Origin: an uncultured Planctomycetaceae bacterium
GTDB lineage: Bacteria; Planctomycetota; Planctomycetia; Planctomycetales; Planctomycetaceae
Direction: 5' to 3'
Assembly: GCA_963813715.1 (NCBI GenBank)
Contig: CAWFAK010000017.1
Span: forward strand, 1-64,000
DNA length: 64,000 nucleotides
The notes under the pieces were generated by a model. It made no database searches and was not told the DNA's origin. It saw nothing but the letters and a program-made list of their open reading frames with translations. Shown one piece after another: positions 8,096 through 18,819 of the stretch; position 1 is the first letter of the stretch, and each line of letters opens with the position of its first letter. The position numbers were made by a program, and so were the translations under genes.

Positions 8096-10264
8096 TTAAT
8101 TGGCCGTATGGATCTCCGAGTCTGGCAGCTCGGGCGCCTTGAGCGGGGTCTCGTTCACAGCAGGCAAGAGCGAATGGCCGGCGGCACTCGAAACCGAGGG
8201 AACTTCCGCTGTCGGGGCAACGCCGGCCACGGGAGTGACACGGCCCGGCTGCGGGGCGCCAAAGTTGGCGGCGCTTTCGGTCGGGCTGCCGTTGGCCAGC
8301 GAACGGATCGCCGGAGACTGGTTCGCCTGCGACGCAGGAGCCACGGCAGGCGAGATAACGGCATGCGACACCGTGGCAGGCGGGACGGCCGCAGGCTGGA
8401 CCGCGACAGCCAATCGTTGGACTGTCGGCGGCGAGCCAGCCAGGGAGCGCGGCGCGTTGGACGCCACATCGTAGTGCACGAGCGGTTCGCCGGGCGCGCT
8501 CGGGTGGCAACAAGGGAACGGCAAGAGCACGCCCAGATCCGGCAGAGACGGGACGGCTTGCGGATCGGCCAGCTGGAAGATGTCGTCCGTTTGCAGCATG
8601 TCGGCCACGTTGACGGCCGACGTCCAGAGCGTGTTGAGCACCCCGACGTACGTCGTGACAAACCCGGCCAGAGTTTGCTGGGCGCCGAACAGGTCGCTAA
8701 AGGCAGCGTTCGGATCAAGCTGACGCCGTTCCAGCACGCCGCGATACGCCCGCACCTGGTCCGGGAGGATGTGATTGCGATAGTAGTCCAGCGCCTGGAG
8801 ATTCGTCTTGTAGCCGTTGAAGTTAGTGGCCAGCTGGTTGGAGAGGGCCAGCTCCACGCGGTGGGATTCTTCGGTGGCCCGCACGAGGGCCGCCTCGGCA
8901 GCGATAATGTTACCTTTGTTCTGGTCCCAAATCGGCAGCGGGAAGCTGATCGTGGCGGTTGGCGTCAAGCCCTTGGGTTCGACGGTGAGATCCTTCAAGA
9001 GCGCCACGTTGATTTCCATGTCGGGCACCGGAATGACTTGCGACAGCTTGAGCTGGTACTTGGCCTTGTCGAGCACGTTTCGCGCGGTGAGCACGTCTGT
9101 GTGGTTACGGAGGACATAGTTGAGCACCGTGTCGTAATCGAAATACGGGATGACAGCGTCGATCCGCCCTTCCACCTGAGTCAGCGGCAATTGACGCTGG
9201 TTGATCGTGGCGACGAGCTGTTTCCAGGCGTAGAGATAGCTCTGGATCGACTGGTCGTAGGCGAGGCGGACCGAGAAGGCCTGGGCGCGCAGGGCCATCG
9301 GTTCGTAGGAAGCGGCGTTTCCGGCCTGCAACAGACCCGCATGAAGCATGTAAACTTCGTCGGTGAACTGGGCCAGCGCCCGGTTCACGCGGACAGTCTC
9401 CTTCGCCACCAACAGCGAGTAATAGGCCTGACGGACGCGAGTCGCCAGATCGCTGCGCGCCCGGCGCAGCGCCAGCTGGGCATTTTGCAAATCCATCTCG
9501 GCCGCGGCCGAGGCAAGCTTCAACTTGCCGCCGGTTTTGATGACCTGGTCGATGAACGGTCCATCCGTGCTCATGACGCTGCCATCGTTAGACGGGGTCA
9601 ATTGCACGCCCACTGTGGGGTTGGGATAGGCGCGAGCCTGGATCAAATTGCCGCGGGCGGCTTCGACGTCGGAAGCCGCTTGTCGCAGCTCCGGGCTGTT
9701 CCCTGCCGCAATGAACTGCAGCTCCGAAAGCGTATAGGGGTGCCCCTCGGGGCTGGGCAGCGCGACAGGTTCGGCGGCGAGCGGCGGAAGCTTCGGGAAG
9801 AGCAGGTTGATCGCGCGCTCTTTGGCGGCCGGGTCATTGGGGATCTCAATCGCTTTGGCTTCGGACCCAGGGAGGTCGGAGGGGATCTTCGGCTCAAACT
9901 TCTTCGGCGCCTGGTCGGGGGCGACTTCTTCATATGAGGTCTGCAGATACTTGGACGTCAGCACGTCGACCCCGGCCCCCGGCGCGTGCCCGAGCCACCG
10001 GTGCTCGACGTCTTTCCATCCGTGGAAGGAGTTGCGGGGCCCGGCGGTGGAGTAGCACCGGGCGTCGTTCCCGACGGCGACGGTGGACGCGGGAGCATCC
10101 GCGGCCGGAGGGGCCGGAGGCGTCGCAGCCGCGCCGGCAGGCATGGTGTCGTAAGGATGCGAAACCAGGCTGGCGACCGTCCCATCGGTACGCTCGCGGG
10201 CGTGATACAAGCACCCGCTTAGCGACGCGACGACGCAACAGGCGAGCAACGGGCGAATCGACAT
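8096..10264 (-). CDS. TolC family outer-membrane efflux lipoprotein with a Pro/Ala-rich tail
   Basis: Lipobox LSGC; two OEP repeats (NSPELRQAASDVEAARG..AYPNP; PLPIWDQNKGNI). Confidence 0.85.
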   Translation of the reverse strand: MSIRPLLACCVVASLSGCLYHARERTDGTVASLVSHPYDTMPAGAAATPPAPPAADAPASTVAVGNDARCYSTAGPRNSFHGWKDVEHRWLGHAPGAGVDVLTSKYLQTSYEEVAPDQAPKKFEPKIPSDLPGSEAKAIEIPNDPAAKERAINLLFPKLPPLAAEPVALPSPEGHPYTLSELQFIAAGNSPELRQAASDVEAARGNLIQARAYPNPTVGVQLTPSNDGSVMSTDGPFIDQVIKTGGKLKLASAAAEMDLQNAQLALRRARSDLATRVRQAYYSLLVAKETVRVNRALAQFTDEVYMLHAGLLQAGNAASYEPMALRAQAFSVRLAYDQSIQSYLYAWKQLVATINQRQLPLTQVEGRIDAVIPYFDYDTVLNYVLRNHTDVLTARNVLDKAKYQLKLSQVIPVPDMEINVALLKDLTVEPKGLTPTATISFPLPIWDQNKGNIIAAEAALVRATEESHRVELALSNQLATNFNGYKTNLQALDYYRNHILPDQVRAYRGVLERRQLDPNAAFSDLFGAQQTLAGFVTTYVGVLNTLWTSAVNVADMLQTDDIFQLADPQAVPSLPDLGVLLPFPCCHPSAPGEPLVHYDVASNAPRSLAGSPPTVQRLAVAVQPAAVPPATVSHAVISPAVAPASQANQSPAIRSLANGSPTESAANFGAPQPGRVTPVAGVAPTAEVPSVSSAAGHSLLPAVNETPLKAPELPDSEIHTAN

Positions 10265-10634
10265 GGACCAATTCCCTTACAAGTCCGTGTGAACGCTGCT
10301 GATGAACTTTGCCGTGGCAAACTGCGGTGACTTTTTCGAGGGTGGCGATTTGCCACGGCGTGCGCATTGCGCAGAAACTGCGGACAATGGGAGATCGTCC
10401 TGACTTTCCAGTTGTAATGAGAGACGGGACGTGCGCGCCTAGACCCACACAAGGTTGCCCAGTTGACGGGTTTTTGATTGAAGTCTGCGCGCGAAGTGAG
10501 CAGTTTCCGTGCTTTTGAGACAGCGAAAAGTCAGATCAGCGCGCCGCGGGGCGAATCTTCGGGCAATTTGCGAGAGCTGACTCGAGATGCAACGGGTGCT
10601 GGAGGGAACGTGCGGCGGAGATTCGACGGACCGC

Positions 10635-11438
10635 TCACGCGCGGCGTTCGTGCAGCCGTTTCGAGATCACGCCCGCCAGATATCCGCCTTTAAAACCTGC
10701 GTCGATGTTCACCACGCAGACGTTCGAGGCGCAGCTGTTCAGCATGCCGAGCAATGCGGCGATTCCGCCGAAGTTCGCGCCGTAGCCGACGCTGGTCGGA
10801 ACGGCGATCACCGGACACGCGACCCATCCGCCGACGACCGAGGGCAGCGCGCCCTCCATACCCGCGACGACGACCACCGCGTCGGCCGCATCGAAGCGGT
10901 GCTTTTGCTCGAGCAGACGTTGCGGTCCGGCAACGCCGATATCGACGATCAGATCGACGCCGCATCCCATCCAGCGGAGCGTTTCGAGCGCCTCTTCGGC
11001 GACCGGTCGATCGCTCGTCCCGGCGGTGATTACGAAGACGGAGCCGACGGGCGTTTTCGGAGTCGACGAGAGCAAGCGGATGGTGCGGGCAACCGGGTTG
11101 TGCAGCGCCGTCGGAAAGCGTTTGAGGACCGCGGTCGCTTGCTCGGGAGAAACTCGCGTGGCAAATCCCCGCTCGCCGTGCTGCGACTGAGCCTCGAAAA
11201 TGGCGACGACGGCCTCCGCCGTCTTCCCTTCGCTGTAGACCACTTCCGGAAAGCCGCAGCGGCGGCGGCGATCGAGATCGACGTGTGCGTCTTCGATTGC
11301 GAACGTCATCGGTGCGACTTCGCCCGCTGCCTGTTCGACGGCCGCATCGACCGTCAGGCGACCTGCGCGCACACTTTCAAAGAGCGACGCCAGTCGCGTG
11401 TTTCCGCCAGTCCGGGATGATTCATCGTCGTTCGTCAA
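10635..11438 (-). CDS. larB: Nickel pincer cofactor biosynthesis protein LarB (PurE-like)
   Basis: DLDRRRRCGFPEVVYSEGKT, TAGTSDRPVAEEA, AGMEGALPSVVGG, PTSVGYGA and VVNIDAGF motifs. Confidence 0.92.
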   Translation of the reverse strand: MTNDDESSRTGGNTRLASLFESVRAGRLTVDAAVEQAAGEVAPMTFAIEDAHVDLDRRRRCGFPEVVYSEGKTAEAVVAIFEAQSQHGERGFATRVSPEQATAVLKRFPTALHNPVARTIRLLSSTPKTPVGSVFVITAGTSDRPVAEEALETLRWMGCGVDLIVDIGVAGPQRLLEQKHRFDAADAVVVVAGMEGALPSVVGGWVACPVIAVPTSVGYGANFGGIAALLGMLNSCASNVCVVNIDAGFKGGYLAGVISKRLHERRA

Positions 11439-11644
11439 GCAGTGACCTGATCGTCCGGGTGAAGAATTCGCGGCTCGAGTAATTGGTGTCGCGACGGTCG
11501 ATCTGAACCGTGCGGAGGGGGAGCCGCTCGGGTTACAATAGCGATTCTAATGACATTGCGATTCTAATATTGGGATCTGAGTCAACTGCGATTTTAAGAA
11601 GCCGCCGGCCTCGGCGGCAAATCTCTCAACTGGGAAGCGGCGAG

Positions 11645-12481
11645 ATGCAGATCGGATTCGGAAAGTTAATGGCGGCCTCTGCGGTGGCCCTCGCCGCGCT
11701 CATCGGCGTGCTGATTTTCTATCAGCCGGGGGCGCCTCACCCACAGACGGGGCCGGGAGAAGTCGCGAAGACGACTCCGCAGACAATTTTGCTCTATTGT
11801 GCCGCCGGACTGCAGCCGCCGGTTTCCAAAATCGCCTCGGATTACCAGACGTCGCACCACGTGGTGGTTGAGACCAAGTTTGGCGGTTCCGGTTCCCTCA
11901 TGAGCCAAGTCCTCATCGGTGGCGGGGATTTGTTTGTGGCAGCCGATCGACTCTATCTCGACAAGGCCGCGGAACAAAAGTTGACGGAGGAAATCCAGGG
12001 GATCGCCTACCAGTTTCCGGTCATCGTGACGCAAAAAGGAAATCCCAAGCACATTGCCGGCTTGAGCGACTTGCTCAAGCACGACGTGCGGCTGTCGCTG
12101 GCCGATCCCGAGCGCGCGGCCATCGGCAAGGTGGTGAGCGGACTGCTGGAAAAAGACGATCGCTGGGAGCCCTTGTGGAAAAAGGCGGTCATCCATCGGG
12201 AGACGGTCAACGAAGTTGGCAACGACGTGAAATTGGCAGCGGCGGACGCGGGCATCGTTTGGAACGCCACGTGCGCCCAGTATCCCGATCTGGCCGTCGT
12301 GCGTGTGCCCGAATTCGACCACGCCCGCGGACAAATCGCCGTCGGCTTGTTGTCCGCATCGAAGGATCCGCAGGCCGCCCAGGAATTGCTCAACTACATC
12401 ACGGATCCCCAGCACGGGCTCAAAGTGTTCGCCGAGTACGGCTACGACGTCATCACCAAGCAGCCGCCTGCCGCGCACTGA
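11645..12481 (+). CDS. modA: Molybdate ABC transporter substrate-binding protein
   Basis: YCAAGL, FGGSGSL, DLFVAAD, AAIGK and ADAGIVW motifs; N-terminal TM anchor. Confidence 0.85.
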   Translation: MQIGFGKLMAASAVALAALIGVLIFYQPGAPHPQTGPGEVAKTTPQTILLYCAAGLQPPVSKIASDYQTSHHVVVETKFGGSGSLMSQVLIGGGDLFVAADRLYLDKAAEQKLTEEIQGIAYQFPVIVTQKGNPKHIAGLSDLLKHDVRLSLADPERAAIGKVVSGLLEKDDRWEPLWKKAVIHRETVNEVGNDVKLAAADAGIVWNATCAQYPDLAVVRVPEFDHARGQIAVGLLSASKDPQAAQELLNYITDPQHGLKVFAEYGYDVITKQPPAAH

Positions 12482-12517
12482 GTTCACGATCCTCGTCATT
12501 TCGGTCTGCAGAAGCGA

Positions 12518-13396
12518 ATGGCTGGGCGCGGATCCGATTCCACGGGGTCGGGAGCCTCACGCATGTCCTCACCTTCGAGCGTTTCGCACGCCAAGTCGGA
12601 CGCTCCCTTCTACACAGCGCTCGGAGTTCTCGGGGGCGGTTACGTCCTGTTGATTGTGGCGATGGTCGCCGCCGAAATCGGGTATGCGCGACTGGCCGAT
12701 TTCTCCCGCATCTTCGCCGACGAAAACATCCGTTTTGCGATTCGCCTGAGCGTCATCTCCGCCAGCATCAGCACGATTCTCGCGCTGTGGGTCAGTGTGC
12801 CGATCGCCTACTTGATGTCGCGCAGCGACTTTCGGGGCAAGCAACTCGTTGATGCGATCATCGATATTCCGATCGTGCTGCCGCCGTTGGTCGTGGGACT
12901 GTGCCTGTTGATCCTGTTCCGCCAAACGCCGCTCCGTTACTTCGACGATCGGTGGCCGGTGGCGTTCCACGTTCCGGCGGTCATTCTGGCCCAATTTGCG
13001 GTCGTGAGCGCGTTCGCAGTGCGGACGTTACGCGCAACCTTCGACGAGATTTCGCCGCGCCAGGAACAAGTCGCCCTGACGCTGGGCTGCCGTCGCGCGC
13101 AGGCATTCTGGCGCGTGGTGCTGCCCGAGGCCCGCTACGGACTGTTGTCCGCCGCGACGTTGGCGTGGGCGCGGGCGTTGGGCGAATTCGGGCCGGTGTT
13201 GGTGTTTGCCGGAGCGACCCGACAACGGACAGAGGTCCTGCCGGTGAGCGTCTACCTGGAGTTGAGCATCGGCAACGTGGAAGGGGCTGTTGCCGTGTCG
13301 CTCGTGATGATCGCCGTCTCACTCGTCGTTTTGGTCACTGTCCGAATGTTGGCACACGGGCACTTTCGCGGCCGCCTGCTGGGCGAGCAGCTGTAA
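12518..13396 (+). CDS. modB: Molybdate ABC transporter permease
   Basis: PIVLPPLVVG, EAA-loop-like EQVALTLG, ARALGEFG. Confidence 0.88.
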   Translation: MAGRGSDSTGSGASRMSSPSSVSHAKSDAPFYTALGVLGGGYVLLIVAMVAAEIGYARLADFSRIFADENIRFAIRLSVISASISTILALWVSVPIAYLMSRSDFRGKQLVDAIIDIPIVLPPLVVGLCLLILFRQTPLRYFDDRWPVAFHVPAVILAQFAVVSAFAVRTLRATFDEISPRQEQVALTLGCRRAQAFWRVVLPEARYGLLSAATLAWARALGEFGPVLVFAGATRQRTEVLPVSVYLELSIGNVEGAVAVSLVMIAVSLVVLVTVRMLAHGHFRGRLLGEQL

Positions 13397-13474
13397 GTCG
13401 CTCGAGCCGAACGCGAAACGGACTGAAAACCGGCGCTTATAACCTTCGTTTGCCGAGAGTCGCGTGGGAGAAAT

Positions 13475-13510
13475 AAAAAAACCCACGGTGGGCCAAGCCC
13501 TTCCGTGGGT
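13475..13510 (-). terminator. Rho-independent terminator (minus strand)
   Basis: ACCCACGG-N14-CCGTGGGT hairpin followed by TTTTTT on the minus strand. Confidence 0.75.
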
Positions 13511-13568
13511 CTATGAAAAACGATGGTCGGACCATCGGCTGTTCTCGACCAGGCACGCCTCAGCGTGT

Positions 13569-13712
13569 TCAGGCGATCGACTGGGCGGTGAATCGGCGGG
13601 CAAAGCGGATCGCGCGGTGCCGCGCGTACCACTGTCGCTTGGACCGGTTCGGCGAATGCCGTCGCTTGCGCGTCCCGTCGGCCAGGAAAACGTTGGCCCT
13701 CGCGTGACTCAT
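13569..13712 (-). CDS. 47-aa highly basic small protein of unknown function
   Basis: MSHARANVFLADGTRKRRHSPNRSKRQWYARHRAIRFARRFTAQSIA; 40/47 codons end in G/C; terminator ~60 bp downstream. Confidence 0.55.
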   Translation of the reverse strand: MSHARANVFLADGTRKRRHSPNRSKRQWYARHRAIRFARRFTAQSIA

Positions 13713-14121
13713 GCGGTGCGTTGCTCGGTGGGTACGCCTGCTGTCGTCCGCGGTTCGGCACAATTCGCCGCGAGACCGCGACCGTGACAAACGCTCCAAC
13801 TGTTGCGCTCTCTATCTTCGGCCGAACACCACCTCGCGGCGCGCAAAAGTGGGGCAAACCGGCGTTCTCCGCCCGGAAGCACGGACAGGCAATCCGTGCG
13901 GGCAGATCGGGTAGGCCTTTTCGCGTGCGGGCCTTGCCGGAAAGCGGGAGAGCGGGCCAAAAGGGGCAAAATTTGCCGTCCGCCCTTGGGGATTGCGGGC
14001 ATGCGCTCTGGGGCTGACAGCCGGCACCGAACTTGCTATGAACCCACCGCGCGGCAGGGCTGCCGCTCAATTTCCAGCCAAAAATCTCGCATCAGAGACG
14101 GATTTCCACCGGGAGACACGG

Positions 14122-15270
14122 ATGGGCGTTCCCCTATCGCAAATGGTGACGGTCGCACGCTATGTGATCGGCAAGACGCTTCGCCGTGAAAAACGCTATC
14201 CGCTCGTGTTGATGCTCGAGCCGCTCTTTCGCTGCAACCTGGCCTGCGCCGGCTGCGGCAAGATTCAATATCCGGCCGACATCCTCAAGAAGCAGCTTTC
14301 GCCGGAAGAGTGCTTTCATGCGGTCGACGAGTGCGGCGCCCCGATGGTGTCGATCCCGGGCGGGGAGCCGCTGTTGCATCCGCAGATGGACCAGATCGTC
14401 GAGGGCCTGGTCGCCCGCAAGAAGTACATCTATCTGTGCACCAACGCCCTGCTTTTGGAAAAGCAGCTCCACCGCTTCAAACCGTCGAAGTACTTGACCT
14501 TTTCGGTGCACGTCGACGGACCGCGCGAAGAGCACGACGTCGCAGTCTGCCGCGAGGGAGTTTTTGACATCGCCGTGCGGGCGATTCGCGTGGCGGTGGC
14601 CGCCGGCTTCCGCGTCACGACGAATACCACGATGTTCAACACGGCTCATCCGCGGCGGATGCGGGAAATGTTCGACATCCTCACCGACCTGGGGGTCGAG
14701 GGGATGATGATCTCGCCGGGCTATGCCTACGAAAAAGCCCCCGACCAGGACCACTTTCTGCAGCGGGCTCAGACCGTCGAGCTGTTTCGCCGCACGCTCG
14801 CGCGTCCGAAGCGCGGCTGGGTCTTCAACCAGTCGCCCCTGTTCCTCGAGTTCCTGAAAGGGAATTGGGACCTGGAGTGCACGCCTTGGGGCAATCCGAC
14901 TTACAACATTTTCGGCTGGCAGCGCCCTTGTTACCTGCAGCAGGAGAGTTACTGCGGCACGTACCAGGAACTGCTCGAAACGACCGATTGGAGCGCCTAC
15001 GGCCGGCAGAGCGGTAATCCGAAGTGCCAGGATTGCATGGTCCACTGCGGGTACGAGCCGACGGCCGTGGCCCAGACGTTTAGTTCGCTGCGCGGCCTGG
15101 CCGCCGCGGCCCGCTTCACGCTGTTGGGTCCGTCGCGAAGCAACGAGCCGGAAAGCGATGATCCGGTCACCTTCGGCGCGCCTGCGCCCGTAGTCTATCA
15201 GCTCGATTCGCCGACCCGTCCGTCGCGACGCGAGCCTGTGGAAGTGCCTTTGCAGTCTCGCGCGGGCTGA
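14122..15270 (+). CDS. hpnH: Adenosyl-hopene transferase HpnH (radical SAM, hopanoid biosynthesis)
   Basis: [56 protein letters not shown]. Confidence 0.95.
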   Translation: MGVPLSQMVTVARYVIGKTLRREKRYPLVLMLEPLFRCNLACAGCGKIQYPADILKKQLSPEECFHAVDECGAPMVSIPGGEPLLHPQMDQIVEGLVARKKYIYLCTNALLLEKQLHRFKPSKYLTFSVHVDGPREEHDVAVCREGVFDIAVRAIRVAVAAGFRVTTNTTMFNTAHPRRMREMFDILTDLGVEGMMISPGYAYEKAPDQDHFLQRAQTVELFRRTLARPKRGWVFNQSPLFLEFLKGNWDLECTPWGNPTYNIFGWQRPCYLQQESYCGTYQELLETTDWSAYGRQSGNPKCQDCMVHCGYEPTAVAQTFSSLRGLAAAARFTLLGPSRSNEPESDDPVTFGAPAPVVYQLDSPTRPSRREPVEVPLQSRAG

Positions 15271-15306
15271 AGCCGTCTATCGCTCACAACAGCAAGGCGT
15301 CGAACG

Positions 15307-15348
15307 AAAAAAAGAAACGGCCGAGGGGAGAGAATCCTCGGCCGTTTC
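15307..15348 (-). terminator. Terminator hairpin between convergent genes (likely bidirectional)
   Basis: GAAACGGCCGAGG-N9-CCTCGGCCGTTTC with an A-tract on the 5' side. Confidence 0.75.
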
Positions 15349-15357
15349 GTCATTCCC

Positions 15358-15443
15358 GGGAGGGCGAAGCCCCTGCTGAGCCGCGTTCGCCACGTTGAGG
15401 ACGATCGCAGCGAGCGTCGGCTCGGCGGGAGCCTCGCCCTCCC
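15358..15443. repeat. REP/REPIN-like palindromic element (GGGAGGGCGAAGCCCCTGCTGAGCC...GGCTCGGCGGGAGCCTCGCCCTCCC)
   Basis: 25-bp imperfect inverted arms; resembles an intergenic repeat common in planctomycete genomes. Confidence 0.75.
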
Positions 15444-15513
15444 CAATCTCCACGGTTCGTCAGGACTTTGGCGAGCTCGACCTCGTCCTGGGAACCACTG
15501 CGAACTTCACGGA

Positions 15514-16104
15514 TCAACCGTCATAGTCCACCACGACGATGCCATGTCTCGAGGTGATGTTCACCGCGTACTTGCCATAGTCATAGCGAACCCTTTGCCC
15601 GTCGTGCTTGGTGCAGATCTTCGGGCTACCGCAGGGCGGCACACAGATCTGGACGAACACGCATTTGGGCGGGCCGCACGCCTCACACGGATCCCGATGC
15701 GCACACGGATCGCGGACGGCGACGACCATCGGCACGGCACACGGAGCGATATGACGCTTGTCGTGATACTTGACTCGCGGGTAGAGCGCGAATCCCGGGG
15801 CCATAACGATTGGCGGACCCCCGGCCGCCGCCGGTCCCATCTCTGGAACCGGCTGCACCGATGGGGGCAGCGGCTGGGACATGGGTCCCGGCGGAACTGC
15901 TCCCTCGATGCCCGGTGCGGGCGGGGGCGCTTCGTAGCTCCCCACCTCGGCTAGCGGAGCCTGTCCGGAGGTCAACAGGATCGCCCGCTCTGCCGGGGTC
16001 TCCCTGCTTCCGGATCGGTCCGCCGGTCGATCATCGGCTGCCAGTGTGGCCGCGCCGATCAACGCTCCGGCGATGGTGACAAACCCGATCAAACGTTTCT
16101 GCAT
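15514..16104 (-). CDS. Secreted hypothetical protein with a Pro-rich linker and Cys-rich C-terminal domain
   Basis: Signal peptide; HIAPCAVPMVVAVRDPC..CVFVQICVPPC..YDYGKYAV domain. Confidence 0.75.
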   Translation of the reverse strand: MQKRLIGFVTIAGALIGAATLAADDRPADRSGSRETPAERAILLTSGQAPLAEVGSYEAPPPAPGIEGAVPPGPMSQPLPPSVQPVPEMGPAAAGGPPIVMAPGFALYPRVKYHDKRHIAPCAVPMVVAVRDPCAHRDPCEACGPPKCVFVQICVPPCGSPKICTKHDGQRVRYDYGKYAVNITSRHGIVVVDYDG

Positions 16105-16755
16105 GCGGTGCTCCTTCTCAACTCTGTCGCTGACACATCCGGTCGAACCGATCGATCACGGCCTGCGAGCCCCCTGCCCTTCGCCTCGGCAACTCCCACC
16201 GGCGATTTGGCTCGAAATCAGCGATAAGACCGTTCTCCGGCGGGAGTGGATCGGCCGTGTTTCAACAGGACTCGAAAGTGGGCCCGTCACGGGCCCGGAT
16301 TCGGGCGCGGACGCAGTTTGGGAAAGATTTTCCCACGGTCTGTGCTGCGTTGCGCCCTGCGGACACGGCTGTACTCTCGGAGATTCAAACTTGCGGATCA
16401 AGGCGCCCAGGTCGACGGCCGCTCCGCGACAGACGGCCGACGTAGTGTTCCTTCGGCTTTCGCTTCGCGCGAAATCCTTTCGCGTCCGACCGATCGTCAA
16501 AATGTCGGGCCGATTGGCGTCCGCGGGTGCTCGACATCCGGAGAATTCCTCGCTCGACGGGTGACAGGACTGTCCCGCTGGGACTAAACTCACAACGTTG
16601 GCCCGCCTTGCGGGTTGAGACACATCGCCCGATCGCGTAAACGACACGCGTCAAGCGCACGCTCCTATCCGCGCCGCCCGTTTTATCGCGAGACGTGCAA
16701 CACAGCTGCCGTGCTTTGGGCCGATCGCAGCACACGAAAGACTCAAGCGACCTCC

Positions 16756-17896
16756 ATGCCCCTCCCATCTGACGATCACCCGGCCGACGACGAGACGACT
16801 CCCGCGGCCGGCATCCGCCTGCAACGGTTCCTGGCCGCCACCGGACTCGGCTCGCGCCGCAAATGCGAAGCATTTATTGTGGACGGACGGGTCAGCGTAG
16901 ACGGACACGTCGCCCGCGACCTGGGCACGCGCGTCGACCCCGGCAAGCAGGAGGTCCGCGTCGACGGGGAAATCGTCCGCCGCGATCCTCCGCGCTACTT
17001 CTTGCTCAACAAGCCGCGAGGCTATCTCTGCACGACCAGCGATCCGGCCGGCCGTCCGCGGGCCCTCGATCTGCTGCCGCCAAGCAAGTTGCGGCTCTTC
17101 ACGGTCGGCCGACTCGACGAGGGGAGCGAAGGCCTCATCCTGTTGACCAATGACGGCGAGATGGCACATAAGCTGGCCCATCCGCGGTTCCAGGTGCCAC
17201 GGACGTACGCCATCCAAGTCGCTGGTCGGCCGACGCCGGCGACGTTTGCCACGCTTAAAGAGGGACTTTATTTCCAGGAGGGCCGCTTTCACGTTCGCTG
17301 GGTGAAGCGAGTCAGCACGAAGGGCAACAGCACCTTCCTGCAAGTTGGACTCAGCCACGGGCAGAACCGTGAAATTCGCCGGCTCTTTGCCCGGGTCGGA
17401 CATAAAGTGATGCGGCTGCGCCGCGTGGCATTCGGGCCACTCCTGCTCGGCCACCTCGGTGAGGGACGGCATCGCACGCTGACGCATTCGGAGTTGGTTG
17501 CGCTCCGCGAATTGGCGACGAATCGAAAACCTCGCCCCCGGTACCGGCCGGACGATACGCCCGGGCAGGCCGACCAACAGCGCGAACCCGCCGGTCGCGA
17601 GCGGCCGCGCGATGAGTCCGCCGATGTCCAAGGCAGAACTGGCAAGCCGCCGCGTTGGTCGCCGGGGCGAACAGCGCAGAGTGCAAGAGGAATTCGCCGG
17701 AGAGCGACAGCGCTCGCTGCAAGGCGGCGGGCCGCGCACGCGGCAGCGGGCCGGCGCCTCACAGAAAACAGCCTCGCAGAAGACAGCGGGGCGTCGCGAG
17801 CGGGCGGCTGCCGTTCGCACTCGCGGCGAGGGTGGACAGGGTGCGCGAAACCACGGTTCGCGCGGGCCGCGGAAACGTCGCCAGCGCCATGCCTGA
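16756..17896 (+). CDS. rluB: RNA pseudouridine synthase (RsuA/RluB family) with a basic tail; frameshift in the tail (~17670)
   Basis: S4 domain ([18 protein letters not shown]), [24 protein letters not shown]. Confidence 0.85.
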
Positions 17897-18765
17897 TCCG
17901 GCCCCACCAATCGCGCCGCGGCCCCCTTCCCTTCAGCAGCGGGTACGCGTCCTGTCACAGCGTCAGCTCGCTCGCGACACGTATGCCCTCGCGCTCGAAT
18001 CGCCCGAGCTCGCGGCGTCCATCGTGCCGGGCCAGTTCTTTATGGTTCGAGCCGCCGATTCGGTCGACCCGCTGTTGGGCCGCCCCTTCGCACTCTATGA
18101 CACCGTGATGGATGGCGATCGGCCGATCGGCGTCGAATTCGGATATACGGTGGTCGGCAAACTCACTGGGTTGATGCCCTCCTGGCGTCCCGGGGATCGC
18201 GTGGAAGTCTGGGGGCCGCTGGGCAACGGATTTCCCGTCCCCCGCGTTGACCATCTATTGTTCGTGGCTGGCGGCATCGGCCAGACGCCGTTCCTGGCCG
18301 TCGCCCGCGAGGCGCTCGGTTTGCGGACGTACGGGCAGCCGCCCCGCATTGTCGGCCGGCGACCGCGGAAGGTGACCGGCTGCTACGGCGTTCGCTCTGC
18401 CGACTATCTCGCCGGACGCGACGACTTCGCGTTGCCGGGCCTCGAATTGCGACTCGCGACCGATGATGGCACTTTCGGGCATCATGGGTTTGTCACTGAG
18501 CTGCTGGCCGCTGCGCTCGACGGCGCCGATCGACCCGATTGCGTCTACTGCTGCGGCCCCGAGCCGATGATGCACGCGGCCGCGCGGCTCTGCAGTCGCG
18601 GCCGACGTGCCCTGTTGGCTGTCGCTCGAAACTCCGATGGCCTGCGGCTTCGGCGCGTGCTTTAGCTGCGTGACCGCCGTGCGGATGGAAAACGGCGAGT
18701 GGGATTACCGCCGAACCTGCATCGAAGGGCCAGTCTTTCCCGCCGATCGGCTCGTGCTCGACTGA
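17889..18765 (+). CDS. pyrK: Dihydroorotate dehydrogenase electron transfer subunit; frameshift ~18595
   Basis: PGQFFM, GPLGNGF, AGGIG, CGPEPMM and the frame-shifted 2Fe-2S motif [19 protein letters not shown]. Confidence 0.9.
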
Positions 18766-18819
18766 ACGTGCCGATCTGAGTCGAATCGGCGATCACCGAC
18801 GGCGCGTCACGGCAAATTC

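Noticed and set aside
7490..9937. 815-aa plus-strand ORF
   Set aside because: Antisense shadow of the tolC/barrel genes caused by GC-rich codon bias; no motifs
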